64,000 bases of DNA, from IMG/VR virus record IMGVR_UViG_3300050014_000619. One strand, 5' to 3'. The position numbers and the translations under genes are program-made. This stretch comes from a virus. Positions 1 through 11,053 of the stretch are shown piece by piece (the first letter of the stretch is position 1; each line of letters begins with the position of its first letter). The notes beneath the pieces are model-generated. The model was not told the origin of the DNA and ran no database searches. It saw only the letters and a list, made by a program, of their open reading frames with translations.

Positions 1-102
1 TTCCATCAACGCTTTTTTTTGCAATAAACTCTTTAACTCCGTAAAGATATTCATGTTCTATTATTCTGTATTTCATAATTTTATTTTTAATTTTCGTATA
101 AT

Positions 103-762
103 TTATCCTATATATCTATTACCTTTACTTAAATTTTTTGTTGCTTCCAATGGTTGTAAATTTGAAAGTGCCCATGCGTCCTTAAATTCAGTTTCTAAAT
201 TAAACCAGCTTAATGGTTTAATGTGATCAATGTGCCAATAAATTCCATAATTCTCCCAAGTCATTTCAGTGGTGAATTTATTTTCAAGATGTTTTATTAA
301 ATCATCAATCGAAAACTCTACAAAACTCAACCAAGTTGTATTGTTTTTATTCTTTTTTAAACATTCCCAAATTGCTTTACTCATATTCATACTAACTCTT
401 TTATATGGGTCTTTTCTTTGTTTATTTTGATAATCACGAGCTTGTTTTAAATTTTGTTCTTTATGATTAACTTTCCAATTATTTTTATATTGATTCGATT
501 TTTCTCTATTATTTTCAACCCACGTTTTACTTCTTTTTAAAATTTTTGTTTTATTTTTATTATAATTGGATTTCGTGTTCCTTTTTTGTCTTTCTGGATT
601 TCTTTTATTACATTGTTTATTAAGATTTCTTTTACATTCATAACAAATTCCAGTGTTCACATATCTTTTATTAATGTGTCCATTTTTACAAGGTATTCCA
701 GAATAGTACCATTTTTGATTTAAATTGATTGCTTCTTCTTTGGATATAACTAATTTCTCCAT
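103..762 (-). mobile_element. HNH-type homing endonuclease-like protein
   Basis: N-terminal PCKNGH..R..C..C zinc module; C-terminal WHIDHIKP...NLQPL...N.SKGN HNH-like motif. Confidence 0.75.
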
Positions 763-849
763 AAATATATTTTAATATAAATACATTCATACCACAGAAA
801 ATCTCCAGTAATGTTTGTTTTGGTGATATTTTTTGGTATATTCTCATAT

Positions 850-1230
850 TTAACGATTATCTCCACTTCCGTGTAATACACCCCTGTCTCTACGAGATTT
901 TAATTTTTCAATATTATATGTAGCAACATCTTCCATTTTTATTCCAAGTGTATCGCACATTGAAGAGATATACCATAAAATATCCGATAATTCACCTTTT
1001 ATTGCCTCAATATGTTCAGGCGTTATATTTCCACCATCATCCCTGATGATTTTTTTGATTTTGCCCTGTACTTCACCTGCTTCACCCAGACCCAGACCAT
1101 CATATGTGATTCTCATTAATAAGATCACGTCTTCAGGTAAATCAGGATGTTTTTCAAGAAATCTATCTAAAGATATTTTCAAGAAATTTGCCTCTTTTTG
1201 ATATTCGTTAAATGTTTGTATTTCCGTCAT
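850..1230 (-). CDS. mazG: MazG-like nucleotide pyrophosphohydrolase
   Basis: GLGEAGEVQGKIKK...ELSDILWYIS...NIEKL..R. Confidence 0.88.
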   Translation of the reverse strand: MTEIQTFNEYQKEANFLKISLDRFLEKHPDLPEDVILLMRITYDGLGLGEAGEVQGKIKKIIRDDGGNITPEHIEAIKGELSDILWYISSMCDTLGIKMEDVATYNIEKLKSRRDRGVLHGSGDNR

Positions 1231-1561
1231 TACCCATTAATTTAAAAATTTCTTTTAATTTTTCCACATCTGCAATATCTCCTGATGCTTGAAGCTGGTC
1301 ATATCCCGACATTATTTTATCGTATTCATTTTGCATTTCCTGATTGAGCTTCTGCAGTTCTTCTGCTTTTTGTATTATGAAACGTGCCTGTGCACCACAA
1401 TCTTTATCAATTAATGATGGCGGTGCAACACGAAATTCTGGTCTGACACAGTACATCATGGCATCCATAGGTGGACGCACGTAATTATCTGTTTCAGCAT
1501 AAAACTTCAGAGTTTGCTTGAACAATTCAATGAGGTTTTGATATTCTTCAATACTATTCAT
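1208..1561 (-). CDS. hypothetical protein
   Basis: ORF in tightly packed minus-strand operon. Confidence 0.6.
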   Translation of the reverse strand: MNSIEEYQNLIELFKQTLKFYAETDNYVRPPMDAMMYCVRPEFRVAPPSLIDKDCGAQARFIIQKAEELQKLNQEMQNEYDKIMSGYDQLQASGDIADVEKLKEIFKLMGNDGNTNI

Positions 1562-1881
1562 TTTATTTGAGTGTTAAAAAATTCTTTAACTTTCAGATAA
1601 ATCTCTTTATCGTCTTCAACTAATTTACCTTTCCAGAAAAATCCATCTGGGCTGATTCTCATCATTTCATTACCCTGTCCTGCGTAGAAAATAATACTAT
1701 TTGTTTCAGGAAAATCAGTTTTAAGTGTAAGTACTGGATGTGCTTTTTCAAATTGCATCGATGTAATACCCGTACCACCCAAATATTCTTGACCTTTGGG
1801 AATTGTTACCCTTTGTTCGGGTGTGCCATTTAAATGTTCTAAATTTTCATTCATCTTCTTCGTCCTCCAATTGTTCTTCAA
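1558..1881 (-). CDS. hypothetical protein (true start may be MNENLEH near 1854)
   Basis: ORF in operon; overlaps neighbours. Confidence 0.55.
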   Translation of the reverse strand: MKNNWRTKKMNENLEHLNGTPEQRVTIPKGQEYLGGTGITSMQFEKAHPVLTLKTDFPETNSIIFYAGQGNEMMRISPDGFFWKGKLVEDDKEIYLKVKEFFNTQIK

Positions 1882-2206
1882 TTACTGGTAAATTTTTACT
1901 GACAATCTCCTTAAGGTCTTTTACCTCATTAGGATAGAGTGTAAATTCTTTGCGTGCTGGATGCTTTGCACTTTTATTGATATTCTTAAAGAACCATTTG
2001 CCCTGAGAATCAGCTTTTTCAAATTCCCTGTACATTTCTGCTGTAACATTAGGATATGAATAGGTATCACCTCTGCTGAATGCAATATAAAGTCTTTGGC
2101 TTTTAGGAAAGTATGTGGTTTTTAATACATTATCAGATTTAAATACTGATTCGCAATAACCCACACTACCATCTTTGTCTTGAAATTCCTTGTGTTCTGC
2201 TAACAT
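1847..2206 (-). CDS. KTSC domain protein
   Basis: S..LK..Y.PKSQRLYIAF..G..Y.Y..V....Y..F..A.S.GKWF..NI pattern. Confidence 0.8.
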   Translation of the reverse strand: MLAEHKEFQDKDGSVGYCESVFKSDNVLKTTYFPKSQRLYIAFSRGDTYSYPNVTAEMYREFEKADSQGKWFFKNINKSAKHPARKEFTLYPNEVKDLKEIVSKNLPVIEEQLEDEEDE

Positions 2207-2278
2207 AATTATATTTTAAGTACGCAAATGTAATCAATTAAATATTAAAAAGCAAGAGTATTTATATAAAAAGTTTAT

Positions 2279-3043
2279 ATGTCACTTCCAAAAAAGGTAA
2301 AACTCACGTTTGATGTCAATCCACCAAAAATCGGTACTGAATTCTTGAAATATGGTATGGATAGGATTGAAGAGCTTATGCGTGCAACGGATACTAAAAC
2401 AAAATATCTACCACGAACTATATTGCTTGAAGACTTAGATCAGGCAGTCTTTGATTATGTCAATATTCATGGCATGCAAGCTACTATTGAAAACAAGATT
2501 GTTCCTGCATTTTATCTTGATAATGATCGTTGGGGAGAATTCTCAAAGACTTGGAAGTTCGTAGATAATGATAAAAACGTACCAACACCTTATATTACCG
2601 TCAGACGTATTGATAAACAGGCTGGTACAAGACTTGGTACTAAATATCGTATACCACAGCCACGTAAATTCAGATATTTCGAAGTTCCAATACTCGATGA
2701 TGGTGAAATAGTATATCTCTTATTTAAGATTCCTGAACCAGTAAACGTTGATATGACCTATGAGGTAGCATTGTTTACAAAGTACAGGGTTGATGTGAAT
2801 CTTTATGATGAACAAGTTCTTAAAAACTTTGCCAGTCGTCAGGAATATATTACAATTAAAGGCAACCCACTTCCATTGCTTTTCGAAGGTTTTGCAGAAA
2901 GCAATCCAATTGAAAATATTGATGGTGACAGGTTTTTTGTCAGTAAATACGCTTTAAAGGTTCAAGGTTTTATACAAGACGAAAAAGAATTTCAAATTGT
3001 TAAAACAACAAGAAGACCAAGAATCAGTTACGTTGTTAAATAA
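2279..3043 (+). CDS. putative neck/tail-completion structural protein
   Basis: Lies in structural region, preceded by the GTATTTAT motif; beta-rich tail-terminator-like pattern. Confidence 0.45.
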   Translation: MSLPKKVKLTFDVNPPKIGTEFLKYGMDRIEELMRATDTKTKYLPRTILLEDLDQAVFDYVNIHGMQATIENKIVPAFYLDNDRWGEFSKTWKFVDNDKNVPTPYITVRRIDKQAGTRLGTKYRIPQPRKFRYFEVPILDDGEIVYLLFKIPEPVNVDMTYEVALFTKYRVDVNLYDEQVLKNFASRQEYITIKGNPLPLLFEGFAESNPIENIDGDRFFVSKYALKVQGFIQDEKEFQIVKTTRRPRISYVVK

Positions 3044-3879
3044 GTTGCTGCTCCAGTTGTATATGTAAATGTATTGCCACTTGGTGGATTTTGTTGTAAA
3101 TCATCAATCGTATTAACTGTTCCGTTAGCTTTATCAACAAATGATACACTACTAATAAATTCTTTTGCTTTAATTGTTGGGTATGACGGGGTAATAAACT
3201 TCCAAGTTTTATTATTGAGATTTAATTCAGCCTTAAAGAACATTCTTTGTGGTGTATCTCTTATTATAGGAACGTTATTATCCTCATTATAAAATAATAC
3301 AAGTTTACCAGTTTTAGCATTATAAAAACTCAATTTAACATAACCAGTTGCTGTTGAACCAGTTTGTGCATTTATAAATGAAAGCGGAACATACCAGTAA
3401 TATAATTGATTGACTGAACCAATGGTATATGTTGGTACAGTGCCTTTCTTTGTTAAATATGTTGTGAATATTTTAGTCTGATTATTAATGTCAAATGAAT
3501 CGAAAAAATCCAAAATAAAAAAACTATTAAGGAAGTTATCTGAATTGCCACTAACCTCAGTAGGGGTGAACATATTTGACCCGATTACAAATGTTGGTGG
3601 AACAAAGTATTGACTGAAATTACTAAGACCTATAATAAGTATTGAATAAAAGCTGAATTTAATTACAGGTGCAAGATTTACGCCATCAAAAAATCTGAAT
3701 CTCCTAACTTCAACATCATTTACAGGATTTACCAAATCCAAACTAACAACCTGTGTAAGATTGTCGATTTCTTCCTGATAGCCAATAAAGTTTTCTGTAG
3801 CACCAAGAGAAAACTTGAGGTTTGTCGTACCACCACTGATAAGACTGTTAAATCGTACTTGTTCTCTGATTATTTGCAT
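3028..3879 (-). CDS. putative virion structural protein
   Basis: T/S/G/F-rich ORF co-transcribed with neighbouring structural ORFs. Confidence 0.5.
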   Translation of the reverse strand: MQIIREQVRFNSLISGGTTNLKFSLGATENFIGYQEEIDNLTQVVSLDLVNPVNDVEVRRFRFFDGVNLAPVIKFSFYSILIIGLSNFSQYFVPPTFVIGSNMFTPTEVSGNSDNFLNSFFILDFFDSFDINNQTKIFTTYLTKKGTVPTYTIGSVNQLYYWYVPLSFINAQTGSTATGYVKLSFYNAKTGKLVLFYNEDNNVPIIRDTPQRMFFKAELNLNNKTWKFITPSYPTIKAKEFISSVSFVDKANGTVNTIDDLQQNPPSGNTFTYTTGAATYLTT

Positions 3880-5081
3880 GGCTTTCCAATATCATTAATA
3901 TCGCCTATTGGCGTGGTAGTAATTTTTGTTGCATTTATACCATATGCAGCATCTTTAAATGCATTGTATGTCTGTGGGTCACGTAAATCTGGTATTATAT
4001 CCAAAATGACGTTTGAAAATAAATACCTGCACTTATTTACAAAAGGATAATCAACACCCAGATTACTTATTGGGTCAGTAAATCCTTGTGCAAGAATATA
4101 TCTCCAGACACGATTGCCTCTGTTATCAATTGGTGTAGCATAATATGGTATTGAAGAAACAAGTTCATATGATGTGCCACTAACATTTCCTCTATTCAAA
4201 TCATTACTAAAATATCTTAATTGAAATGGAATAAAAGGATTATATTTCCAAATCAAGCGTCCACCAGCATATGGTGTGAGTATTTTGAATGTTTGCGGTG
4301 CTAATTGTGTTTCATAGAATTCTGGTTTACTATATCCCAGAAGATCGCTAATGTTTACCCCAAAGAATGACTGTACAGTATCACCAATGTTCAGAACTTT
4401 TGTTGCAAATGAAAACGGTACAGGTAATCCTGTGGTTGGCGACCATGTAACACCAGAAAGTATTTCTACTGGATATGGAAGTGTGCTTGGCTTGTATTGA
4501 GCATAGAGAAATAATTGTGTCAAAGGAATACCAAAATTATCAAGGTATGGGCTTACATCAAAATCTTTACTGAAGCTAAAAGCATAGGCTTGTTCACCAT
4601 AGACATTATTAGAAAAACCAACTGGATATAATTCGAAGTCTGCAGGTGTTGCAATTACCTGAAAATTTCTTATAAATGAAGTAGTACCTTCAACAAATGA
4701 AGTAGTGCCAGTTAAGCCAGTGTAATATATTGTTGTGTTTCCAATAATGTTTGTATATCCACTAACAGCAGGTTTAACAAGATAAAAATCAAATGAATTC
4801 AAGAGGGTTTTAGTACTACCAGTAAGCTGGGGAGTAAAAAAATCTGCAAATATGCTATAAGAAGTCTTTAGATTGTTCAATAATGACATATATTCAATTT
4901 TGCCGTAAATTCTATATACTTGACTTGCTTCTCTTTCTGCATCAAATATTTCAGTAACACTCAAGACATTACGAATGTCATATTCATTATTTTCTGTTGG
5001 CTTATTTGATAACTCGATTATATCGAAACTATCGACATTAACACTTGCTATATTTTTAACGCTATTGAGTAGTATCTCCAC
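3870..5081 (-). CDS. putative virion structural protein
   Basis: 403 aa, T/S/G-rich, upstream GTATTTAT motif. Confidence 0.5.
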   Translation of the reverse strand: MEILLNSVKNIASVNVDSFDIIELSNKPTENNEYDIRNVLSVTEIFDAEREASQVYRIYGKIEYMSLLNNLKTSYSIFADFFTPQLTGSTKTLLNSFDFYLVKPAVSGYTNIIGNTTIYYTGLTGTTSFVEGTTSFIRNFQVIATPADFELYPVGFSNNVYGEQAYAFSFSKDFDVSPYLDNFGIPLTQLFLYAQYKPSTLPYPVEILSGVTWSPTTGLPVPFSFATKVLNIGDTVQSFFGVNISDLLGYSKPEFYETQLAPQTFKILTPYAGGRLIWKYNPFIPFQLRYFSNDLNRGNVSGTSYELVSSIPYYATPIDNRGNRVWRYILAQGFTDPISNLGVDYPFVNKCRYLFSNVILDIIPDLRDPQTYNAFKDAAYGINATKITTTPIGDINDIGKPCK

Positions 5082-5191
5082 TGCTTTTGTTATTTACTAT
5101 AAATACCGTGAAAAATTTTTATGATTTTTTGTAACCTTTTTATTTTGTATTCGTATAACACGTATGTTTAACAATTAAAAACTCAAAAGCA

Positions 5192-5617
5192 ATGAAAAAA
5201 TCGATTTATTTTTTAACAGTTATTTTTGCACTGATACTTATGAATACCAGTTGCACGAAACCCGCTAACGATGATGGTTCTGACGGAATTAAAAGTTCTG
5301 GTGAACTTTATCCCACCTATGTTGGCACATGGAAAAATGATTCTACTTACAAGGATGGTGTAAAAACTTCCAGTGTTTTTCAACTTAATTTCAAGATTGA
5401 AAATGTAATAACTACGGTAACAGCAAAAAATAATAGTGTTACCAATAGAATTTATGGGTCATGGAATGTATCTGGTACTACTTTAAATTTAATTGGTGAT
5501 AAAAATATTGCTCCTTATGAGGCAATTACTAATGAAGCATATATTATAACAACTGCGCCTACTGCACATAAAATGGTATTATCACAAGGAACAAATAAAT
5601 ATTTTTTAAGTAAATAA
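5192..5617 (+). CDS. lipoprotein, lipocalin-like beta-barrel
   Basis: Signal peptide MKKSIYFLTVIFALILMNTS|C; VGTWK and GSWNVSG motifs. Confidence 0.75.
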   Translation: MKKSIYFLTVIFALILMNTSCTKPANDDGSDGIKSSGELYPTYVGTWKNDSTYKDGVKTSSVFQLNFKIENVITTVTAKNNSVTNRIYGSWNVSGTTLNLIGDKNIAPYEAITNEAYIITTAPTAHKMVLSQGTNKYFLSK

Positions 5618-5618
5618 A

Positions 5619-5648
5619 AGAAACCCCCGAAATTCGGGGGTTTCTTGT
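5619..5648. terminator. bidirectional intrinsic terminator
   Basis: aagaaacccccgaa-a-ttcgggggtttctt hairpin between convergent genes. Confidence 0.85.
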
Positions 5649-5649
5649 T

Positions 5650-7893
5650 TTATATTACATTGAAGTCAGCAAGCATTTGTACACAGTCATTATTATATAT
5701 TCCTTTAAATATGTACGCTGTTGCTGGTTCACCTGCAGGGATGCTACCATATGTTGCAAAATAAGTATCCCATCCAGAATAAGTATATGAGGTGGGTGGT
5801 ATTGGTGCTGGTTGTGGCTTTAAATATTTTAAACCTTTCGCACTTATAATAAGACTATCAGGATTGGAGATTATTTCATTTTTATTGTTCCATTTTCTGA
5901 TATTCAGACCTTTTAATGGTATCTTACTAAGTTTGGTTAAATCATTCTTTGATATATTTACAAAGTCTGTGCTGAAAGCATCACCCCTGAATACATTTTT
6001 ACTGTTTCTAACACCGCCAAATAATTTTTGCTGATTATCTGCCCTAAAAGTATTTGCTATTGGTGCAGGATAGTATTGAGTGAATACGTCAGCAACACCA
6101 AAACTTCTATCGGTTTCTTCACTGGCAGTAACAGTAAATGTAAATTGTGGAAATAAAAGACAGAAGTTCAACCACTGACCACCAAAATAATAATTGGTCA
6201 CACCATCGCCATTAATAAATGATGCATTTGGCGAAAAATCATATCTATAGGTTGTTATTGTCTCTGTAGGTGGCGTGCCAATATAATTTTCCTGATCATA
6301 TTTACTTTCAGTTACACCGTCCTTACCACCGACTTTTATTAATGCTCCACCCATATTATATCTGTTTGCCAGTAATTCAGCATCAATTAAATAATTAATA
6401 GTATTATTAAATGCTGATGATGATGCTATAGCACCAAGATTATTTATACTTTTTGTATTTCTTACGGGGAAAAGCTGTGCAACACTATAAACCTGACCAC
6501 CAACAAATGTAGTGTACTTTAATCTCCATTTGGTTGTATTTACGGTTGGACTATTAACATCGGCTTCATATTCAAATGGTGTGCTTTGTGGAATTTTAAA
6601 CCAACTACAACGAGCAGTGTGACCCGGGTGATTATCTTTGAATTTATCTGAGAATGTTTTAGTTATAGGGATTAAACTGTCATTATCATCATATCGTACC
6701 AAAGCCATGCCATAAAATTTAGTAAATACACCAAATAAATTATTGTCTGAAACGGGAATTTCTGTACCGAACTCATCTGTAATTATTTTATTCCTGTTAC
6801 ATGGAACAGTGAGTAAAAAATTACCGTTCTCATTAAAAACAAAATATTCTGAAGGGTCTAATTCACGAATATCAACATCTGCATTGACAGGAATTGCACC
6901 GCCAGCAGCAAGAAAATGATCGACCTTTGCCATATCGACATTTGTTCCATATGTAAATATTTTAAAATCAATTGGTGTACGTCTATTTACTCTAATATCA
7001 AAGTTATTCTCTTGTTCTGTACTCATTGTATAATATGCCTTATCGTCTTCACTGAGATCAGGATCGCCAAATACTGCATTTGTACCCATTGTCATTGAAG
7101 TACCGAAGATCGTAAATGTTCCTTCAAGTACTGCACGAATTCTGAAATCCTGACGTGTTATGCCAATTGTAAAGTTTGTGGTATCACCCCAGAAAGGTAT
7201 TATATCAACTGCAATTTCTTGTGTTTCAATATTAGGTAAATCACTTAAATCCGTGCTGGGTTTTATTGATTTTCCACCAACGAACAGATTTGCTGGATAT
7301 CCAGCAGTTATCATGCTGGCAGGTGTCATCGAATATTTACCAATGTCGGTGATGTCAACGCTTAAATGAACTGTCTGCGTACCAGTGGGCACACCAAAGA
7401 TCATATAGTCACCAGCAGAATTTGTTAATGCTGTATATTTATAGTATTTTTTATAAACGTTCAGGAATGATTCATTTGATATAAGTTCGGGTTTAATGGG
7501 GAAACTTCCAAATGGTTGTTTTGGTTTAATTTCACCTGTTGATAGTTCAGTTTGTGCCACACGTGGTAGTAAATTATAGCGTTTGCCATCGTTGTTCTTG
7601 TCTGTTGGTGAATTATATGGGTATAAGCTGCTAATAACGCTGTCTGAGGCATCATCACTGTTTAATGGTATGAATATACTAATTTTAGCGTTAGGAATTC
7701 CTACGCCACCATTTGCGATAACTCTGCCAATTAATACACCGTAATCTGAATTAAAATCTCTATAAATATCCTTGGTATCTATGCTCATTGAAAGAAATTC
7801 GAGTGTATTGACTTCTTGTTCGAGTTGAGCAGTTATAAAATTATCGCTTGCTGTACTTCCAGTTCCAATATAAATTCGCTGAGATTTGTTCAT
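5650..7893 (-). CDS. baseplate/tail structural protein with N-terminal carboxypeptidase-regulatory-like beta domain
   Basis: GVLIGRV..NGGVGIPNAKISIF and TNSAGDYMIFGVP motifs; adjacent to sheath. Confidence 0.55.
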   Translation of the reverse strand: MNKSQRIYIGTGSTASDNFITAQLEQEVNTLEFLSMSIDTKDIYRDFNSDYGVLIGRVIANGGVGIPNAKISIFIPLNSDDASDSVISSLYPYNSPTDKNNDGKRYNLLPRVAQTELSTGEIKPKQPFGSFPIKPELISNESFLNVYKKYYKYTALTNSAGDYMIFGVPTGTQTVHLSVDITDIGKYSMTPASMITAGYPANLFVGGKSIKPSTDLSDLPNIETQEIAVDIIPFWGDTTNFTIGITRQDFRIRAVLEGTFTIFGTSMTMGTNAVFGDPDLSEDDKAYYTMSTEQENNFDIRVNRRTPIDFKIFTYGTNVDMAKVDHFLAAGGAIPVNADVDIRELDPSEYFVFNENGNFLLTVPCNRNKIITDEFGTEIPVSDNNLFGVFTKFYGMALVRYDDNDSLIPITKTFSDKFKDNHPGHTARCSWFKIPQSTPFEYEADVNSPTVNTTKWRLKYTTFVGGQVYSVAQLFPVRNTKSINNLGAIASSSAFNNTINYLIDAELLANRYNMGGALIKVGGKDGVTESKYDQENYIGTPPTETITTYRYDFSPNASFINGDGVTNYYFGGQWLNFCLLFPQFTFTVTASEETDRSFGVADVFTQYYPAPIANTFRADNQQKLFGGVRNSKNVFRGDAFSTDFVNISKNDLTKLSKIPLKGLNIRKWNNKNEIISNPDSLIISAKGLKYLKPQPAPIPPTSYTYSGWDTYFATYGSIPAGEPATAYIFKGIYNNDCVQMLADFNVI

Positions 7894-7965
7894 ATATTAT
7901 GTGTTTCACATAAATACTTACAGTAAAAAATCAGAATTTCAGAATTATTTTTAAAAAAAATGCAT

Positions 7966-8006
7966 TTTTTTTGCATGAATTTTTCAGGAAATTTCATGCA
8001 AAAAAA
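7966..8006. repeat. 14-bp inverted repeat in divergent intergenic region
   Basis: tttttttgcatgaa ... ttcatgcaaaaaaa. Confidence 0.75.
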
Positions 8007-8193
8007 TCTGAATTTCTGGAAATCCGACCCAAAAAAGTAAAAAAAGTTCGAAATTTGATTTTATGAGCAAGAACAACAGGGTGATAATAATTTAATCAGA
8101 ATACCTTTTGCGTTATTTTTTAGTATTTATTTGAAAAGTAAGACAAAACTTATACTATAAAATAATAATAGAAAAAATTAATAATTAATAAAC

Positions 8194-10956
8194 ATGGCAG
8201 ATTTTGTATTTACCTCTCCGGGCGTAAAATTTAAAGAACGTGACATATCATTTGTAACACGTAACGTAAGCATCACCACATTAGGCTTAGTTGGTGAAAC
8301 ACTCAAAGGACCTGCATTTGAACCTGTATTTATTCAGGATAAAATACAATTCCAGACAAGATTTGGCTCACAAAGCACAAAGAGATTTCCAGCAAATAAC
8401 TTGCTTCAATATCAATTGCCTTATGTAGCAAATTCATATTTGGATGAAACAAACCAATTATGGGTAACAAGAGTATTAGGTTTATCTGGCTATCAGGCAG
8501 GTAACGCATGGGCAATAACTTTAAGTGCTGGTGTTGATCCTTCAACCGAAGGTGCAACTGGCGCATCAACTACAGGTACTTCATCATTTACTGGTGGAAT
8601 GTATTTAGGTGTTCCTTTAAATGCAAGTGGTGACACTGGTACAGCATTTACAGGATATACTAAAAACTTATCAAATAATACATTTAAAGGATTTTCTCAT
8701 TCATTTAGAGTATTATCATATAGTGGTATTAGTGGTGGTACTGGTACTGTTCGAGATATTGTAACTACATTAACTGGTCAGTCATATACTCAGTATGAAA
8801 ATATGGTATTAGCTGTCGTTAGAAGCAGGGGTAGTGTTGCAGATGTTGTAAATGCACCATCCGTTACTACTTTTGTTACAACTACATTGACATTACCAAC
8901 ATCTGGAAACACAACATTATCGGGCATTGGCGATATGTTTGGACAATTTCAATTAATCGCATCAAGTGGCACAAGTGTAGCTGTTTATTCAGCATCATTA
9001 AACCCAACAGCAAGTAATTTCTTGCCAAATGTAATTGGTTCAGATGCTAAAGATAAAAACACCAAGATTTGGGTTGAGGCAACTTTTCCAGATTTAATCG
9101 GTTTATTGGATGCTGCAGGTTATGGTTACGGTATTAATAGTACATTAATTAAAACAACAACCAATGTTTTCACAAATTATAAATCTCAATTTCAAACACC
9201 AGAAACTCCTTGGGTTGTATCACAATTAAAAGGTAGTGAAGTTGACAGATTATTTAAATTCGTAAGTATTTCTGATGGTAATGCAGCTAACCAAGAAATT
9301 AAGATTAGTATTGCAAATATAAATCCAGCAACTCTGGAATTTGACGTAGTTGTTCGTGATTTCTACGATACAGATGCAAATCCAAACGTATTGGAAACAT
9401 TCTCAAGATGTACATTAATTGAAGGTAACACAAACTTCATTGCACAGGTTATCGGTACAACTGATGGTCAGTATGATCTTCAGAGTAAATATATAATGGT
9501 TGAACTTGCAGATAATCTTTCTGTAGATTTATTCCCTGCTGGTTTTGAAGGTTATAACTTCAACAATTTTAGTAGTGGAGTAACTGGTTCAGCAGTTCAA
9601 GGTGTAGCTCCTAAGATTTTCTATAAAACAAGTTATCTTCAAACCGAAAAGGTTAGAAAAGTATATTTGGGTTTATCAGAAAATGGATATAGCACAGCAA
9701 CATCTATTGGAACAGGTATTAACCAGAATTTCTTTAACTTTAATAATTTCAGAAATAACGGAAGTAACGCAGTATCTGGTTTTACAAACAGTTTTGGCTT
9801 CCATATGGATAGTGGCGCAACTGGCACATATAATGGTTTCCAATTCGAAGTTGGTGCAGGTAGCTTTAAGTCAGTTAATGATGTTGTCGATCCTTCACAG
9901 ACATATTTCGATGCTAACACAAGAAAATTCACATTTGCACCTGCTGGTGGTTTTGATGGCTGGGATGTAAACAGAACATTACGTACATACGGTGGTAATT
10001 ATCGTCAGGGTGGCATTTTTGATGGTGTTGGTGTTGGTGTAACTCCAGTAAATGACTATCAGGCATGGGAAACAGCAATTAACACATTTGCTAATCCTGA
10101 AGAAGTTACAATTAACTTGTTCGCAACCCCGGGTATTAACTGGTCAGATCAAACAAACATTATTCAGGATACAATCGACATGATTGAACAACAAAGAGCA
10201 GATACGCTTTACGTTATCGAGTCTCCAGACAGTAGTCTTACACAAGTTGTAGGTCAACCTAAAGTTGATGTTGAAGCAGCAACAGATATCGCTAATTTAC
10301 TTGGTGATGCAAATATTGACAGTAGTTATTCATGTACATACTTCCCTTGGATTCAAATGAGGGATACTCAGAACAACGTTAACGTTTATCTTCCACCAAC
10401 AGGTGAGGTAGTTAAAGCAATGGCATTCACTGATAATACTTCATTCCCTTGGTTTGCACCTGCTGGTTTACAACGTGGTGTTACTGATGCAAGAAAATCT
10501 AAGTATAAAATGTCACAGGAAGCTCGTGATACCTTATATAAAGGCAGAATTAACCCAATGGCTGACTTTGCAGATGCTGGTACAGCAATATTCGGACAGA
10601 AAACTCTTCAGGTTGCATCAAGTGCACTTGACAGAATCAACGTAAGAAGATTGTTACTTCAGATCAAGGTATTAATCTCAAACATCGCAATCCGTTTGGT
10701 ATTCGAACAGAACGATCAGGCAACTATCGATCAGTTCATGCAACAGACAACTCCAATACTTGATACAATCAAGAGAGAAAGAGGTCTCACAGACTTCAGA
10801 ATCAAAATGGATGACTCAAATAATACTCCTGAAACAATGGACAGGAATGAATTATATGGTGAATTATTCCTGAAACCAACACGTGCTGTTGAATTCATTG
10901 GTATTACTTTCACAATTACTCCTTCTGGAGCATCATTCGCTGACCTTGGAGCATAA
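8194..10956 (+). CDS. contractile tail sheath protein
   Basis: SPGVKFKERD N-terminus; C-terminal WFAPAG..RG, INP, FGQKTL, DRINVRRLL, FEQND, LKPTRAVEFI motifs. Confidence 0.95.
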   Translation: MADFVFTSPGVKFKERDISFVTRNVSITTLGLVGETLKGPAFEPVFIQDKIQFQTRFGSQSTKRFPANNLLQYQLPYVANSYLDETNQLWVTRVLGLSGYQAGNAWAITLSAGVDPSTEGATGASTTGTSSFTGGMYLGVPLNASGDTGTAFTGYTKNLSNNTFKGFSHSFRVLSYSGISGGTGTVRDIVTTLTGQSYTQYENMVLAVVRSRGSVADVVNAPSVTTFVTTTLTLPTSGNTTLSGIGDMFGQFQLIASSGTSVAVYSASLNPTASNFLPNVIGSDAKDKNTKIWVEATFPDLIGLLDAAGYGYGINSTLIKTTTNVFTNYKSQFQTPETPWVVSQLKGSEVDRLFKFVSISDGNAANQEIKISIANINPATLEFDVVVRDFYDTDANPNVLETFSRCTLIEGNTNFIAQVIGTTDGQYDLQSKYIMVELADNLSVDLFPAGFEGYNFNNFSSGVTGSAVQGVAPKIFYKTSYLQTEKVRKVYLGLSENGYSTATSIGTGINQNFFNFNNFRNNGSNAVSGFTNSFGFHMDSGATGTYNGFQFEVGAGSFKSVNDVVDPSQTYFDANTRKFTFAPAGGFDGWDVNRTLRTYGGNYRQGGIFDGVGVGVTPVNDYQAWETAINTFANPEEVTINLFATPGINWSDQTNIIQDTIDMIEQQRADTLYVIESPDSSLTQVVGQPKVDVEAATDIANLLGDANIDSSYSCTYFPWIQMRDTQNNVNVYLPPTGEVVKAMAFTDNTSFPWFAPAGLQRGVTDARKSKYKMSQEARDTLYKGRINPMADFADAGTAIFGQKTLQVASSALDRINVRRLLLQIKVLISNIAIRLVFEQNDQATIDQFMQQTTPILDTIKRERGLTDFRIKMDDSNNTPETMDRNELYGELFLKPTRAVEFIGITFTITPSGASFADLGA

Positions 10957-10975
10957 TAAATAATAGCTTTAAATA

Positions 10976-11008
10976 AGAAGACCTACTGTATTGTAGGTCT
11001 TTTTTTTA
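10976..11008 (+). terminator. intrinsic terminator
   Basis: aagacctac-tgtatt-gtaggtctt followed by T-run. Confidence 0.85.
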
Positions 11009-11053
11009 TGTGTGAGTATTTATAATAAAATAATATTATAAAATTTTATAAAA

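Noticed and set aside
103-762. Eukaryotic giant-virus origin suggested by this HNH type
   Set aside because: Contractile tail genes, bacterial promoters and intrinsic terminators indicate a bacteriophage
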